Shown: positions 49,938 to 60,800 of the stretch, piece by piece
Position numbering within the stretch: the first letter of the stretch is position 1
Layout: every line of letters begins with the position of its first letter
DNA from: Minisyncoccota bacterium
Lineage (GTDB): Bacteria > Patescibacteriota > Minisyncoccia > Phycocordibacterales > UBA1006
Direction: 5' to 3'
Length of the DNA stretch: 64,000 nucleotides
Assembly (NCBI GenBank): GCA_021734445.1
Contig: JAIPIY010000002.1
Span: forward strand, 32,786 to 96,785
Translations under genes and position numbers: made by a program
The notes under the pieces: generated by a model
The model's database searches: none
What the model saw: the letters and a program-made list of their open reading frames with translations, nothing else
Told to the model about the DNA's origin: nothing

Positions 49938-51428
49938 TTAACGATTTTGTTTAAATTCTTCAATTGCTGATTTCAGATCACTTTCTTCTTGTTCGCTCCA
50001 GCCTTTTGTTAATCGATTCAATAAATCACCTTTTGCAGAATCAAGAAATGTATAGAAATCATGCTCCCAATCTGCAAGAATCGCGTTATCTACATCCATT
50101 ACGTATCCGTTATTTACTGCATACAAGATGGCTACTTGTTTTGCAACAGATACCGGCTGTAATTGTTTTTGTTTCAACACTTCAACCAATTTTCGTCCAT
50201 GGTCAATAGTTTTTCTGGTATCAGCATCCAAATCAGAACTGAATTGCGCAAAGCTTTCCAATTCACGGAACTGTGCCAATTGCAATTTCAATGGACCAGC
50301 ATTTTTCTTCATAGATTTAATCTGAGCAGATCCCCCAACACGAGATACCGAGTTTCCTACGTTAATCGCTGGTCGAATACCTTTGTTGAAAAGACTTGAT
50401 TCCAAAAAGATTTGACCATCTGTAATTGAAATTACGTTTGTTGGAATATATGCTGAAATATCTCCTGCTTGTGTTTCAATAATAGGTAATGCTGTAATAG
50501 ATCCCCCACCGTTTTCTTTGTTCAAACGACATGCTCGTTCCAACAGTCGAGAGTGTAGGTAAAAAACGTCTCCAGGATACGCTTCTCGTCCTGGTGGACG
50601 TCGAAGAAGTAATGATACTTCACGGTATGCAGTAGCATGTTTTGAAAGATCATCATAGATAATCAATACATCATCACCTGATTCCATAAAATATTCTGCC
50701 AAAGTAACACCAGCATACGGTGCAAGATAAATCATAGATGCAGGATCAGATGCGCCTGCAAGAACAATCGTAGTGTATTCCAAAGCACCATATTCTTTTA
50801 GTTGTTGTGCAATACGCATTACCTTTGATTTTTTTTGTCCAATGGCAACGTATACACATTTTACGTTTTGTCCTTTTTGGTTAATGATAGTGTCAATCGC
50901 AACAGCAGTTTTTCCTGTTTGACGATCGCCAATAATTAATTCTCGTTGACCACGCCCAACTGGCACCAATGCATCGATAGCTTTGATTCCTGTTTGCATA
51001 GGTTCGCTCACTGGTTCACGGGCCATTACACCTGGGGCAATTTTTTCAATAGGTCGTCGTTCTTTTGTTATCACTTCTCCTTGGCCATCTACAATACGCA
51101 TCAAAGGATCAACCACACGACCCAAAAAATCGTTTGCTACCGGAACCGAAAGAATTTCTTTTGTTCGTGTAACTCGGTCACCCTCTTTTACTTTTGTATA
51201 ATCACCCAAGATCATCGCACCTACATAATCGGCTTCTAGGTTTACTGCCAATCCGTAGTTTTCCGCACCAAAATCAAGCATCTCTGACATCTGACATGAT
51301 GCAAGACCGCTGATTTTTGCAATACCATCAGCAACCGATACTACGATTCCAAACTCTGTAGCATGGATATCTGCTGAATGCTTCTGTATTTTCTCTTTTA
51401 AATTTGAAATTATTGTATCGACACTCAT
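49938..51428 (-). CDS. atpA: ATP synthase F1 alpha subunit
   Basis: [10 protein letters not shown]-loop, 496 aa. Confidence 0.98.
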   Translation of the reverse strand: MSVDTIISNLKEKIQKHSADIHATEFGIVVSVADGIAKISGLASCQMSEMLDFGAENYGLAVNLEADYVGAMILGDYTKVKEGDRVTRTKEILSVPVANDFLGRVVDPLMRIVDGQGEVITKERRPIEKIAPGVMAREPVSEPMQTGIKAIDALVPVGRGQRELIIGDRQTGKTAVAIDTIINQKGQNVKCVYVAIGQKKSKVMRIAQQLKEYGALEYTTIVLAGASDPASMIYLAPYAGVTLAEYFMESGDDVLIIYDDLSKHATAYREVSLLLRRPPGREAYPGDVFYLHSRLLERACRLNKENGGGSITALPIIETQAGDISAYIPTNVISITDGQIFLESSLFNKGIRPAINVGNSVSRVGGSAQIKSMKKNAGPLKLQLAQFRELESFAQFSSDLDADTRKTIDHGRKLVEVLKQKQLQPVSVAKQVAILYAVNNGYVMDVDNAILADWEHDFYTFLDSAKGDLLNRLTKGWSEQEESDLKSAIEEFKQNR

Positions 51429-51433
51429 AATAG

Positions 51434-51808
51434 TTAAGAAGTTAACACGTTAGTAAGTCTAATAAGCTGTGTTGAAACGCTGGCATCATATCGCACACCA
51501 TTGTGTTCCATAATAAATCCCCCGATCAAATCTTTGTTTTGCTGGCGTGAACCAACCGTCTTTGCACCCAATATTTTTTTTATTTCTGATACAAAAGATT
51601 CCTGCAATGGATATGCCGAGATAATGTCTAAACTCTCTTGTGCAGAATCCCGTGCATGCATATGTTCTACATGATATAAAACAGAATCCAGTAACGGCAT
51701 CAGATGATGCGATTGCAAATATGACACCAGATTCTCTACAATATTTTTATTTGCAGTATCTTGTGCTAATTCATATACTACACGAGCAATTGCGTAAGAA
51801 TTTACCAT
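51434..51808 (-). CDS. atpH: ATP synthase delta (OSCP) subunit, shortened (124 aa)
   Basis: C-terminal OSCP signature [18 protein letters not shown] is present, but the N-terminal domain is ~50 aa shorter than canonical delta. Confidence 0.8.
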   Translation of the reverse strand: MVNSYAIARVVYELAQDTANKNIVENLVSYLQSHHLMPLLDSVLYHVEHMHARDSAQESLDIISAYPLQESFVSEIKKILGAKTVGSRQQNKDLIGGFIMEHNGVRYDASVSTQLIRLTNVLTS

Positions 51809-51809
51809 A

Positions 51810-52319
51810 TTATTGTCGCATCATATCTAACGCACGTTCTCGTAATTTTTTATCTTGTTTTTCATCAAGATCTTCATTTAATATCTTTTCAACGCTGGCA
51901 ACAATCAAAGAAGCAGCTTGACCACGAACTTCACGCTCCATGCGTTCAAACTCTTTTTGTGATTTCTTTTTTCCATCAGTAATAATCTTGTTGTATTCCA
52001 ATTGTGCTTCTTCGGTTTTTTTCACAACAAGACTATCACCCGTTTCTTTTGCTTTTGCAATAATATCATTTGCTTCTTGACGAGCTATCATAAGAATTTC
52101 TTCTTTCTTTTGTTCAGCTGTGAGCAAATTTGTTTTTGCCAAAGCGGTGTCATCTAAACCTGCTTGAATTTCTGATTTTCTCTTTTCTATTACTTTTTGC
52201 AAAGGCTTGAATGCAAGATGTTTTAAAATAAAAAAGATAATCAAAAAATTAACAAGGTTTGCAAATGCAACCTGCCAATCAAATCCTACTTTACTTAAAA
52301 TTGCTAAAAGTCCTTCCAT
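51810..52319 (-). CDS. atpF: ATP synthase Fo b subunit
   Basis: One N-terminal TM followed by a long charged helix. Position in the operon fits. Confidence 0.85.
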   Translation of the reverse strand: MEGLLAILSKVGFDWQVAFANLVNFLIIFFILKHLAFKPLQKVIEKRKSEIQAGLDDTALAKTNLLTAEQKKEEILMIARQEANDIIAKAKETGDSLVVKKTEEAQLEYNKIITDGKKKSQKEFERMEREVRGQAASLIVASVEKILNEDLDEKQDKKLRERALDMMRQ

Positions 52320-52326
52320 ATAGTTA

Positions 52327-52542
52327 TTACATCAAGAAGAATGCTACGAAAGCGTAAATCGCTGTTGATTCACACATAGCAACTCCGACGATCATTTTTG
52401 TAAACAATGAATCTCCTACATCAGGATTACGTCCAATTGCTTCCATGGCTTTACCAATAATATATCCTTCTCCCGCTGCTGTACCCACCATCGCCAAGAT
52501 AGCCATACCTTTTGCTATTAATCGTGCTGATTCTATTTCCAT
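52327..52542 (-). CDS. atpE: ATP synthase Fo c subunit
   Basis: Two-helix hairpin with the essential carboxylate in the C-terminal helix (MCESTAIYAFV). Confidence 0.9.
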   Translation of the reverse strand: MEIESARLIAKGMAILAMVGTAAGEGYIIGKAMEAIGRNPDVGDSLFTKMIVGVAMCESTAIYAFVAFFLM

Positions 52543-52572
52543 ATATTTTTCAAACTTACTTTATATTAATAA

Positions 52573-53373
52573 TTACGCACGCTTTTCAGATGACGAATCT
52601 GATTTGATCGCGAGCATATAAAATACCGTCACCAAAGAACCAAATACAATTGCTTGAACAAGTGCTGAAAGCATGCTCATAGCAAACCACAGTGACGGAA
52701 CTGCATACGCTAACGAACCTATTAAAATAACCATCAAAACTTCACCGGCGTACATGTTACCAAAAAGACGCAGAGAAAGCGAGACGATTTTTGCCAATTC
52801 TCCTACAATATCTAATAGACCCAAAAAGAAATCTATTAATGACATAAAACCAGCACCAATCCCCTGTTTAAAACCTTGGAAAACTTCTTTGAATTTAAAG
52901 AATTTCCCCAGGTGCCCAAAAAATCCCCAATCACCAATACTGACAATATGAAGAACAATAACCGAACCAAACGCCAAAGCAAATGTAGTATTAAAATCTG
53001 CTGTTGGAGTTCGAAAGATTGAAATACCATCGTAGGTAATACTGGTTAAACCTGGTATTAATCCAGAGAAGTTTGCAAATCCAATAAACAAAAATAATGC
53101 TCCTAAAATATGAAAAACTTTTTTTGCATGATACTCACTGGCAGTAATTTGCATAATTAATCCAAGAACACCTTCGTACATCATTTCAAGCATTAATTGT
53201 CCTTTACCAGGCAGGGTAGATAATTTTGGTCGCATAATAAGAAGCCCAACAAAAAGAAATAATGCGATAGCAAAAAGATATAATGTAGTGTTAGATATTT
53301 GAAAAGATCCGATTGAAAAAATAAAATCGGGTTGAATGCTGGGTATTGCTCTTTTAAATTGAAACCATTCCAT
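52573..53373 (-). CDS. atpB: ATP synthase Fo a subunit
   Basis: Conserved Arg in LSLRLFGNMYAGE; 5-6 TM helices. Confidence 0.9.
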   Translation of the reverse strand: MEWFQFKRAIPSIQPDFIFSIGSFQISNTTLYLFAIALFLFVGLLIMRPKLSTLPGKGQLMLEMMYEGVLGLIMQITASEYHAKKVFHILGALFLFIGFANFSGLIPGLTSITYDGISIFRTPTADFNTTFALAFGSVIVLHIVSIGDWGFFGHLGKFFKFKEVFQGFKQGIGAGFMSLIDFFLGLLDIVGELAKIVSLSLRLFGNMYAGEVLMVILIGSLAYAVPSLWFAMSMLSALVQAIVFGSLVTVFYMLAIKSDSSSEKRA

Positions 53374-53382
53374 ATATTTTTA

Positions 53383-53652
53383 CTATTCAGTAGTGGTGTT
53401 ATTTTCCTTGTTATCTGGTCGTTCTTTTTGTAGTGCACGATATCGAGCCGCAAAAACAATCCACGATAGAATATATGCTGCAACAAGAAGCGGAATAATA
53501 ATATCTAATTCGTAATTATTTTTTAAATATTTACCGATCAAAACACTAACGATTGCAGGAGCTGCAAAATATCCCAATATTTCAAAACTAAAATAAAATA
53601 GTCGATTGGTGTATTTTTGACGCTCTTGTGTTTTTTGATTATTTTCTTCCAT
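53383..53652 (-). CDS. Putative AtpI/AtpZ-like small membrane protein at the head of the atp operon
   Basis: 89 aa with two TM helices, immediately upstream of atpB in the position of atpI/atpZ. Confidence 0.4.
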   Translation of the reverse strand: MEENNQKTQERQKYTNRLFYFSFEILGYFAAPAIVSVLIGKYLKNNYELDIIIPLLVAAYILSWIVFAARYRALQKERPDNKENNTTTE

Positions 53653-53952
53653 AGAAATGAAACCCTACGCGTATCCTAGATGAGTAACTTTTTTATATCC
53701 AGGAAACAGGCCTCTATTCTTCTTGAGTGTTTTAATGAGAGATATCTCGAAATAGACTTCCCTGGAAAAAACACCCAAGACACAAGCAAAAGAGGCGCCT
53801 ATCCTGAACGCACATAATTATACACCTTGTCTTCTAAAATGCAAGCACGCCACAAAGAATTTACACACGCAAACCAAAGTTGCGATATTATACCTTTTTT
53901 GCTATAGTAGTGTGCATGCAGCTGTAGCTCAGGTGATCTTTGAAAATTTCGT

Positions 53953-54026
53953 GCGACTGTAGCTCAGGTGGTTAGAGCGCGTCACTGATAATGACGAGGT
54001 CCCAGGTTCGAGTCCTGGCAGTCGCA
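53953..54026 (+). tRNA. tRNA-Ile (anticodon GAT)
   Basis: Manual cloverleaf: acceptor GCGACTG/CAGTCGC, D arm GCTC-AGGTGGTTA-GAGC, anticodon stem CGTCA/TGACG with loop CTGATAA, T arm CCAGG-TTCGAGT-CCTGG. Close to the E. coli Ile-GAU D arm. Confidence 0.85.
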
Positions 54027-54060
54027 CAAAGTTTTCAAAAGAATAAGGGGGTTCAAAAAT

Positions 54061-54086
54061 AAAAAACCGCATGATGCGGTTTTTTA
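54061..54086. terminator. Bidirectional intrinsic terminator
   Basis: AAAAAACCGCATGATGCGGTTTTTT. Confidence 0.75.
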
Positions 54087-54104
54087 TTTTCCTTCTTTTA
54101 TCAA

Positions 54105-54461
54105 TTATTCTATCTCTTGAATATTCTGTAAAACAACTGTATTATCTTGTATCTCATAAGTAAAACTTGCATGGCCCTGAATATGCCCGTCTTCGTATAT
54201 GAATTCCCCATTATGCAATGATTCATTTACGGTAATTTCTACTACATAAAATGTTCCACCCAATACCGGTTCTTCGGGTACAATAGTAGTAATATTTTCA
54301 CGAATATAATTTTCTACCAAAAAGATTTCATCCACGACAGTTTCTTTTTCATCTAACACTACTGGAGCTTCGGCTATTTCTTTTGATACAAATAGATCAC
54401 TGGTAATAACAAAAATCCCAACGATAACAAGAACAACAATAAATAAAACTTTTTTCTTCAT
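54105..54461 (-). CDS. Small secreted/anchored protein, hypothetical
   Basis: N-terminal signal anchor (MKKKVLFIVVLVIVGIFVI), acidic body. Confidence 0.45.
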   Translation of the reverse strand: MKKKVLFIVVLVIVGIFVITSDLFVSKEIAEAPVVLDEKETVVDEIFLVENYIRENITTIVPEEPVLGGTFYVVEITVNESLHNGEFIYEDGHIQGHASFTYEIQDNTVVLQNIQEIE

Positions 54462-54488
54462 ATATACAGTATATCACTTCTCTATTAT

Positions 54489-54514
54489 AAAAACCCCGCC
54501 GTAGCGGGGTTTTT
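54489..54514 (-). terminator. Intrinsic terminator after khpA
   Basis: AAAACCCCGC-CGTA-GCGGGGTTTT. Confidence 0.75.
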
Positions 54515-54525
54515 ATAATTTTTAT

Positions 54526-54861
54526 TTATTCAAGTTCGTTTTTCAAGTCCTCGATTGCAGCATCTACTTCGCTAGAATCTGCAGCCGCAGGTCGTGCAAC
54601 TGATTTCATTCCCCCTTCTGGTTCTGTGATTTTCAGGTTAACGCGTGCATTATGTTTCATTCCTACAACACGAAGAAGAGTTCGTACTGCCTTTGCAGTA
54701 TTTCCTTTTCGACCGATAACTTTACCCATATCTTCTGGGTTAAGATCCAATGTCAAAAGTACTCCCATGTCGTCAACTGTCCGTGTGATTTTTACATCAT
54801 TTGGATGGTCAACTAATCCCTTGATAACGTACGAAAGAAATTCTTGTGCTTGATCATTCAT
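54526..54861 (-). CDS. khpA: KH-domain RNA-binding protein KhpA (UPF0109)
   Basis: LVDHPNDVKITRTVDDMGVLLTLDLNPEDMGKVIGRKGNTAKAVRTLL is the KhpA/YlqC KH fold. Located downstream of rpsP as in many bacteria. Confidence 0.85.
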   Translation of the reverse strand: MNDQAQEFLSYVIKGLVDHPNDVKITRTVDDMGVLLTLDLNPEDMGKVIGRKGNTAKAVRTLLRVVGMKHNARVNLKITEPEGGMKSVARPAAADSSEVDAAIEDLKNELE

Positions 54862-55001
54862 GATAATTCTGTCTTTTCTTTTTATTTGTTAATAGTATAT
54901 ATACATGTTCGAACATGAATATATACATCCATTGTATCCATACCAAGAACCCCTGTCAACAGGTATAATAAAAAAATATCCCGCACAGGCGGGATATTTT
55001 T

Positions 55002-55295
55002 TTATTTCTTTTCTTTTCGTTTTGGAGATGGAGATTTCTTTGGAAGAACATTTTTTTTCTTTCCTTCGATGATACCCTCTTTTACCAAATGATTGAAAAT
55101 AGTATCAGACATCTGAGCACCCTGAGCTATCCATTCTTGTACTTTTTCTTTCTTTACTGCAAAATTTCCAAGTTTAGGATTATAAGAACCAAGAACCTCT
55201 AAAAACTTTCCGCTTTTTGGGCCGTTTTGTTTTTCTGTTACAACCACACGAAATTGTGGGTCATTTTTTCGCCCTGTTCTTTGTAATCGAATCAT
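55002..55295 (-). CDS. rpsP: 30S ribosomal protein S16 with a lysine-rich C-terminal tail
   Basis: MIRLQRTGRKNDPQFRVVVTEKQNGPKSGKFLEVLGSYNPK aligns with the S16 N-terminus. The start is the ATG at 55295 (or 55301); the track ORF is over-extended to 55430. Confidence 0.9.
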   Translation of the reverse strand: MIRLQRTGRKNDPQFRVVVTEKQNGPKSGKFLEVLGSYNPKLGNFAVKKEKVQEWIAQGAQMSDTIFNHLVKEGIIEGKKKNVLPKKSPSPKRKEKK

Positions 55296-55415
55296 TAACA
55301 TACGGAGAGATAGTATCACGAGCCAACAAAAAAAGCAAGCTTGCGTCAACGCTGATATACAAAGGTCATAATCTACCCTATCACCAAAAATCGTATTGTA
55401 TGGTATACTAGGGCC

Positions 55416-57485
55416 ATGAAATCTAAACAATCAGGAAATTCTGAACACAAAAAAAATGCTGGCAAATCAGCCCCATATCAAAAAAATAAAAAACCAAACC
55501 GCACAAAAGTAGGATCAAAAAACCTTTTTCAGTCTCAATCTGCACCAAAGAAAAAAATAGACAACAATAAACCTAAAGAATCAAAAATCGCTGAATCAAA
55601 ATTCCGCATTGGAAGAAACAGTATTCCATTCATAGTGATCAAAGGACAAAAATCATCAGACGATATTGTTATTGATATTCCTTCAGATCTTTCTCATCAG
55701 GCATTACATGGAGATATCGTATCGGTATCCTATGAACAACAAGGGTCATCATACGAAGTTACCAAACTAGATATTGTGCGTCGTGCAAAAACAGGAATAG
55801 TAGGAACACTGGCTAAACATGGGCAAGAATATACTATTATTCCCGATGATGAACGTATGCACATGCGCGTATCTATTGCTGAATCAGATATCAATGATGC
55901 AAAATTAGGTGAGAAGGTCTACATAGAAATCAAAGAATGGTACCAATCGCATATTATTGGTTCGGTACGCCAAGTATTAGGAAAACCAGGAGAAAATAAT
56001 GCTGAAATGATTGCATTCGCTATGGAGCATGGTTTTGATATTCATTACCCCCAAGATGCCCTGGACGAAGCAGAAAAATTAGATGAACAAACTATTGCAG
56101 ACGAAGCACCAAATCGAAAAGATATGCGTGGTGTAGGAACATTCACTATCGACCCCGAAGATGCAAAAGATTTTGATGATGCTCTGTCATTGAAAATATT
56201 AGAAAATGACACCTATGAATTAGGCATACACATTGCTGATGTTTCTTTTTATGTACAAGAAGGTAGCGCCCTGGACCGCGAAGCCCAGGAACGTGCAACA
56301 TCAGTATATCTGGTAGACCGCACTATTCCCATGCTACCGGAAAAACTTTCGAATGAACTTTGTAGTTTAAAGCAAGATGTTGACCGTCTGGCAATGTCAG
56401 CAATTTTTACTATCAAAAAAGATGGTACAGTATTAGACTCATGGTTTGGCAGAACGATTATTCGGTCTCAAAAAAGATTTACCTATGCAGAAGCTCAAGA
56501 TGTATTGGACACCAAAGAAGGTCCTTTTGCAAATGAGCTACAACATATTTTAGCAATCTCGAAACATCTAGAAAAAGGTCGCCAAGAAAATGGTGCCCTG
56601 ATTATGGATTCAGACGAAGTAAAATTCGTATTAGATGAAACGGGAAAACCTATTCGCGCTGCAGTAAAAGAACGATTGGCAACCATGAAACTCATCGAAG
56701 AATGTATGCTTTTGGCAAACCGAAGGATTGCAGAACACATGAGCAAAGAAAGTGGAGAAAATATTTTCGTATATCGTATTCATGAACGACCCAACGAAGA
56801 AAAGATGCACAATCTTATTATTTATCTTGGACAATTGGGATATACCATTTCTTCAAAAAATGATGTCGTAGATCCACGGGATTTAAATGCTCTTATACGA
56901 AGTGTTTCTGACAAAGATGCACAATCGATGATTCAAACTGCTATTGTGCGATCTATGGCAAAAGCAATCTATACTACGGACAATGTAGGTCATTATGGAT
57001 TAGGTTTTGAACACTATACCCATTTTACATCTCCTATTCGACGTTATCCAGATATTTTGGTACACCGATTATTAATGTATCATACCCAAGGTAAACCCTT
57101 ACCAAAAAATGCATTACAATTTTACCAAGAACAATCCATGCATTCTTCACGCCGAGAACGAGACGCTCAAGAAGCTGAATGGGATTCTATTAAATACAAA
57201 CAAGTAGAATATATGAGCACCCGTATTGGAGAAACTTTTGACGGAGTTGTTTCTGGGGTATCACAAATGGGTATCTTCGTGCAAGAAAGAACCACTCGCT
57301 CCGAAGGATTAATCCGCATGCGACATTTGCCAGGTAATGTTGAATACAATGACGCGACGCGAACTATTCAAAATGGAAAAGGAGAAACGGCATTCTTTAT
57401 TGGACAATCTATTACCATCCGAGTCTCAGCCACGAATCAAATACGAAAAACTATTGATTATGATCTTGTAGCTGTCGAAGCATAA
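55416..57485 (+). CDS. rnr: Ribonuclease R (RNB-family 3'-5' exoribonuclease) with a lysine-rich N-terminal extension
   Basis: Cold-shock/OB domains, RNB catalytic motif DPEDAKDFDDALS, and a C-terminal S1 domain. The first ~65 aa are K/N/S-rich. Confidence 0.9.
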   Translation: MKSKQSGNSEHKKNAGKSAPYQKNKKPNRTKVGSKNLFQSQSAPKKKIDNNKPKESKIAESKFRIGRNSIPFIVIKGQKSSDDIVIDIPSDLSHQALHGDIVSVSYEQQGSSYEVTKLDIVRRAKTGIVGTLAKHGQEYTIIPDDERMHMRVSIAESDINDAKLGEKVYIEIKEWYQSHIIGSVRQVLGKPGENNAEMIAFAMEHGFDIHYPQDALDEAEKLDEQTIADEAPNRKDMRGVGTFTIDPEDAKDFDDALSLKILENDTYELGIHIADVSFYVQEGSALDREAQERATSVYLVDRTIPMLPEKLSNELCSLKQDVDRLAMSAIFTIKKDGTVLDSWFGRTIIRSQKRFTYAEAQDVLDTKEGPFANELQHILAISKHLEKGRQENGALIMDSDEVKFVLDETGKPIRAAVKERLATMKLIEECMLLANRRIAEHMSKESGENIFVYRIHERPNEEKMHNLIIYLGQLGYTISSKNDVVDPRDLNALIRSVSDKDAQSMIQTAIVRSMAKAIYTTDNVGHYGLGFEHYTHFTSPIRRYPDILVHRLLMYHTQGKPLPKNALQFYQEQSMHSSRRERDAQEAEWDSIKYKQVEYMSTRIGETFDGVVSGVSQMGIFVQERTTRSEGLIRMRHLPGNVEYNDATRTIQNGKGETAFFIGQSITIRVSATNQIRKTIDYDLVAVEA

Positions 57486-57488
57486 ATT

Positions 57489-57516
57489 AAAAAACCGCAC
57501 ATGGTGCGGTTTTTTA
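57489..57516. terminator. Bidirectional intrinsic terminator
   Basis: AAAAAACCGCACATGGTGCGGTTTTTT. Confidence 0.75.
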
Positions 57517-57526
57517 ATTATGGCAA

Positions 57527-57832
57527 TTATGCTAAATACGATTGTTTGAAAACCAATAATTCTGCCGCAATCAATTGAGATAGATCAGGAATTGCAGAAA
57601 GAAAGAATTCTTGCATTTGCTCATCTGCGGTATCAGCATCTAAAAGTGTATTAAATTCTTCTAATTTTTCAGTAGATAAATTACCAATAATAACAGCATT
57701 GATACGATCTTCTAATTGATTCAACAGATCTGATTTAATTTGATCAATGACTTCTTTTTCCAAATCTGTTGGAAATTTCTTTTCTTCGTATAATCGCTCA
57801 ACGAATGATTCTAAATTAAGATTTTGATTCAT
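57527..57832 (-). CDS. Small acidic protein, hypothetical (101 aa)
   Basis: Helical, Glu/Asp-rich, directly downstream of the 1145-aa gene with a 7-nt gap. Confidence 0.45.
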   Translation of the reverse strand: MNQNLNLESFVERLYEEKKFPTDLEKEVIDQIKSDLLNQLEDRINAVIIGNLSTEKLEEFNTLLDADTADEQMQEFFLSAIPDLSQLIAAELLVFKQSYLA

Positions 57833-57839
57833 GATATAT

Positions 57840-60800
57840 TTATATTATTTTTGTAATAGTAATAGAACCTTTTTTAAATGCATTTTCTGCATCACTGACA
57901 CCAAAGCTATCTTTTGAAACTTCGCCTGTTTCTTTGCTTTTAACCTCAACCTTGATATCTTTGAAAATCCAACCCTTAACCCCAGTTACAGTGTATGTAT
58001 TTTTGGTATCTTCGAATTCTGTTCCTGTTTTTAACAGGTCAGCACTGGTGAAGACTTGTTCTAACGAGGAGGCTTTTGGTTTTTCTTGTACGATAATAGG
58101 AGCTACAATAGGTCCACCTATTTTTGCAGTTTCTCCAGATTTTTCTTTGATTACCTCTACGGTTTCTTCTTTTTCTTGGTTACCAATAAGAAGCGCCTCT
58201 AGTCCTGTTGCAATAATATCTAATTCGGTCTTGTTGAAAACCACAGGTGTACCATCTGGAATGTTTTTCATTTCTTGATATTTATTACGTCCATATTCAG
58301 AAGAAAAATCCCCTTCTGAAATCATAATAATACCCTCTGATGATTGAATCTTTTTATTCAACATTTCAATGTCTTTTTTCATTGCATCTGGTGATCGTTC
58401 GGGAGAACTCATAGCCTCCTTTTCTGGAACAATCACAATAGTTTCTTCTGGGGTGATTACCGTAGCGCGAGAAAGTATTCCCTCTATTTCATCTCCAATA
58501 ACCTGCATTTCGCTTTTATTAAAAGTTACAGGAATACCTTCTTGAATAAAAGATAATTCTTGATAACGTTTTTTTCCATAAGCAGATTTAAAATCATCTT
58601 CTGTAACAGTAATAATCCCTTCTGATGATTGGATCTTTTTATTAATCATTCTCAGATCATCTTGCATGCCCTGATATTCTTCCTGAGTTATTTTTATTGA
58701 CTCGTCAGTTTTTTCCTTTTCTCCTTCAACAGTCAAAATAGAAGCAATGATAGGGCCACCAGTTTTTTTGTCTGCCCCTTTTTCTTTTTTGTCTTTTGCA
58801 ACCAAAGTTTCTAACGGTGTTCGTGGAACGACAGGAATAAAATATGGAGGCTCTGTATCTAACGGCAATTCTAGATTATGTACAGGATAATCATCATATG
58901 TTGGGATTATTGATTCAATATTGTTATTGTTTTCACCAACCAATGTTGCCAATGGTTTTACGTGTTCGACGCCATCTTGTTCACCAAATGATTGTACGAC
59001 TTCGGCAAAACGTCCTTTGAAAACCGCCTGACCATCTTCGGTAGCAAAAAATAATTTCCCTATTTCACTATCCGGATCAATTACTGCATTCCCGTTTGTA
59101 TCTATAGGAACCTCAAACACATGGTGTTGTGTATCCTGAGATAAAGAGAAGATCATTTTTAATGTTCCCTCTTTCATTTTTTCTTGTGCATCTACTGAAA
59201 AACCATCATGAAAAGATCCATCTTCTGTCATGCGCGCCATATTAAGAACATAGTTACCATCGGCATCGATACCTGTACCACCACCCCAATCAAGACGTAA
59301 TTCGTTTTTATCAAAAATTAATGTATCATTATCATACCAGGCGTCACGGGTAATATGTTGAGTCCCTTCATGAGTTTCCACATATTCTGCTGCTGTCTGA
59401 GTTACCTGTTTGGTGCCCTCTATCAACGTATGTGTAGTATTTGCAACAACGCCAGTTTCTCCTAATCGAGCCAAAGATCCAGCGTCTAAATTACCATCCG
59501 CATCAAAAGATAGTTTGATATTATCTGAAATAACAACATCACCCTTGAGAACATCAAAAGTTCCATCTAGATTTTTAATAATACTGGTGCCCTCTGGAGT
59601 ATTAAAAGTAACTCCATCTACAGTTGTTGTTACAGGATTATCCAGACCCATAGTAGAGGGGTCATTCATTATCCATCCACGCAAATGCTCTAGTGGTGTT
59701 TGAATTCTATTTTCATCTCCACCATTTTTCAAGAAACCTTCGATAATCCCCTGGGTATCATCTTTAAAGAATGCCACTGCTTCTTGTACGACGCCGCCAA
59801 TCACAAGACCACTAAGAGCGGTTGCCCCCACTTTCATTGCGACACGCTTTGCTTTGTATCTACTAAATGCTTTATCTTTTGCAGAAATACCCTGTTCACC
59901 ACCCATTAAAGAATCTTCTACAGTTTTTGCTTGTTTTGCAAGATAACTATCAAAAGTTTCACCTTCTGGAATACCCCCTTTTAATCCGGCTTCTATTTTC
60001 TTTCGTAATTCTACTTTTGCTTTTGCTGTTAAAATGGTTAAATCAGTTCTTTCTTTTTCTACACTACCAATATCAGTATATGAGATGAGATCGATTCTCT
60101 TTTTTGCATTCAAAGAATTTCGTGCTTCGATAGAAGCCAATTGTGCAAATATGGCACTCATTTCTTCTTCTTTGATATTTTTTATTGTTTCATTTCCTTC
60201 GGCATCTTTTTCAAAAACAAGTCCGCGCAATTTTGTTGCCAAGACAGATGATTTTTCCATCTGGTATTGATGTTCGTTTATTTGTTCTCGTCGTTTTGAA
60301 TCTTTTTCAAATGTTCCACCTTCGGCCATTTCTAATCCATGTTGAGCGCGTTCTAATGCAACGCGTTGGCTTTCATTCATACCAGCAAACGCACTGGACA
60401 CCGCAACAGCAGCACCAAAAGTACCCCATGCAGCAGCCTGAGATCCTAGTACCTTTTTCCCCATACCAACACTAAGAGAATATGCAATTCCAACCCCGGT
60501 AGATAATACAGCAGGACTGACAAACCGTCCGACTTTTGATTTTTTCATCCAATCAACACCACGGTCAACCATATTAAAATGTGCCTCTGTTTTTAGACTA
60601 CTTTTTGCTTTTCCTAAAATAATATTTGTTTCCAAATCTAATTCTTTTATTGATGCACCATGTTCCACTGCCAATCGGGCATTTTCTGCAATTTCCAAAA
60701 GATTATCTGCATACATGTTGGGACCTTTTGTCGTATCATCATTTTCTAATGTATTTAAAACACGATTTTTTTCGTTTATAAAAATTTCTTTTGATATCAG

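Noticed and set aside
53915-53950. Mobile-element insertion at tRNA-Ile
   Set aside because: Only a 14-nt duplicate of the tRNA 5' end is present. No island-sized insert and no integrase. Reported only as a low-interest fragment.
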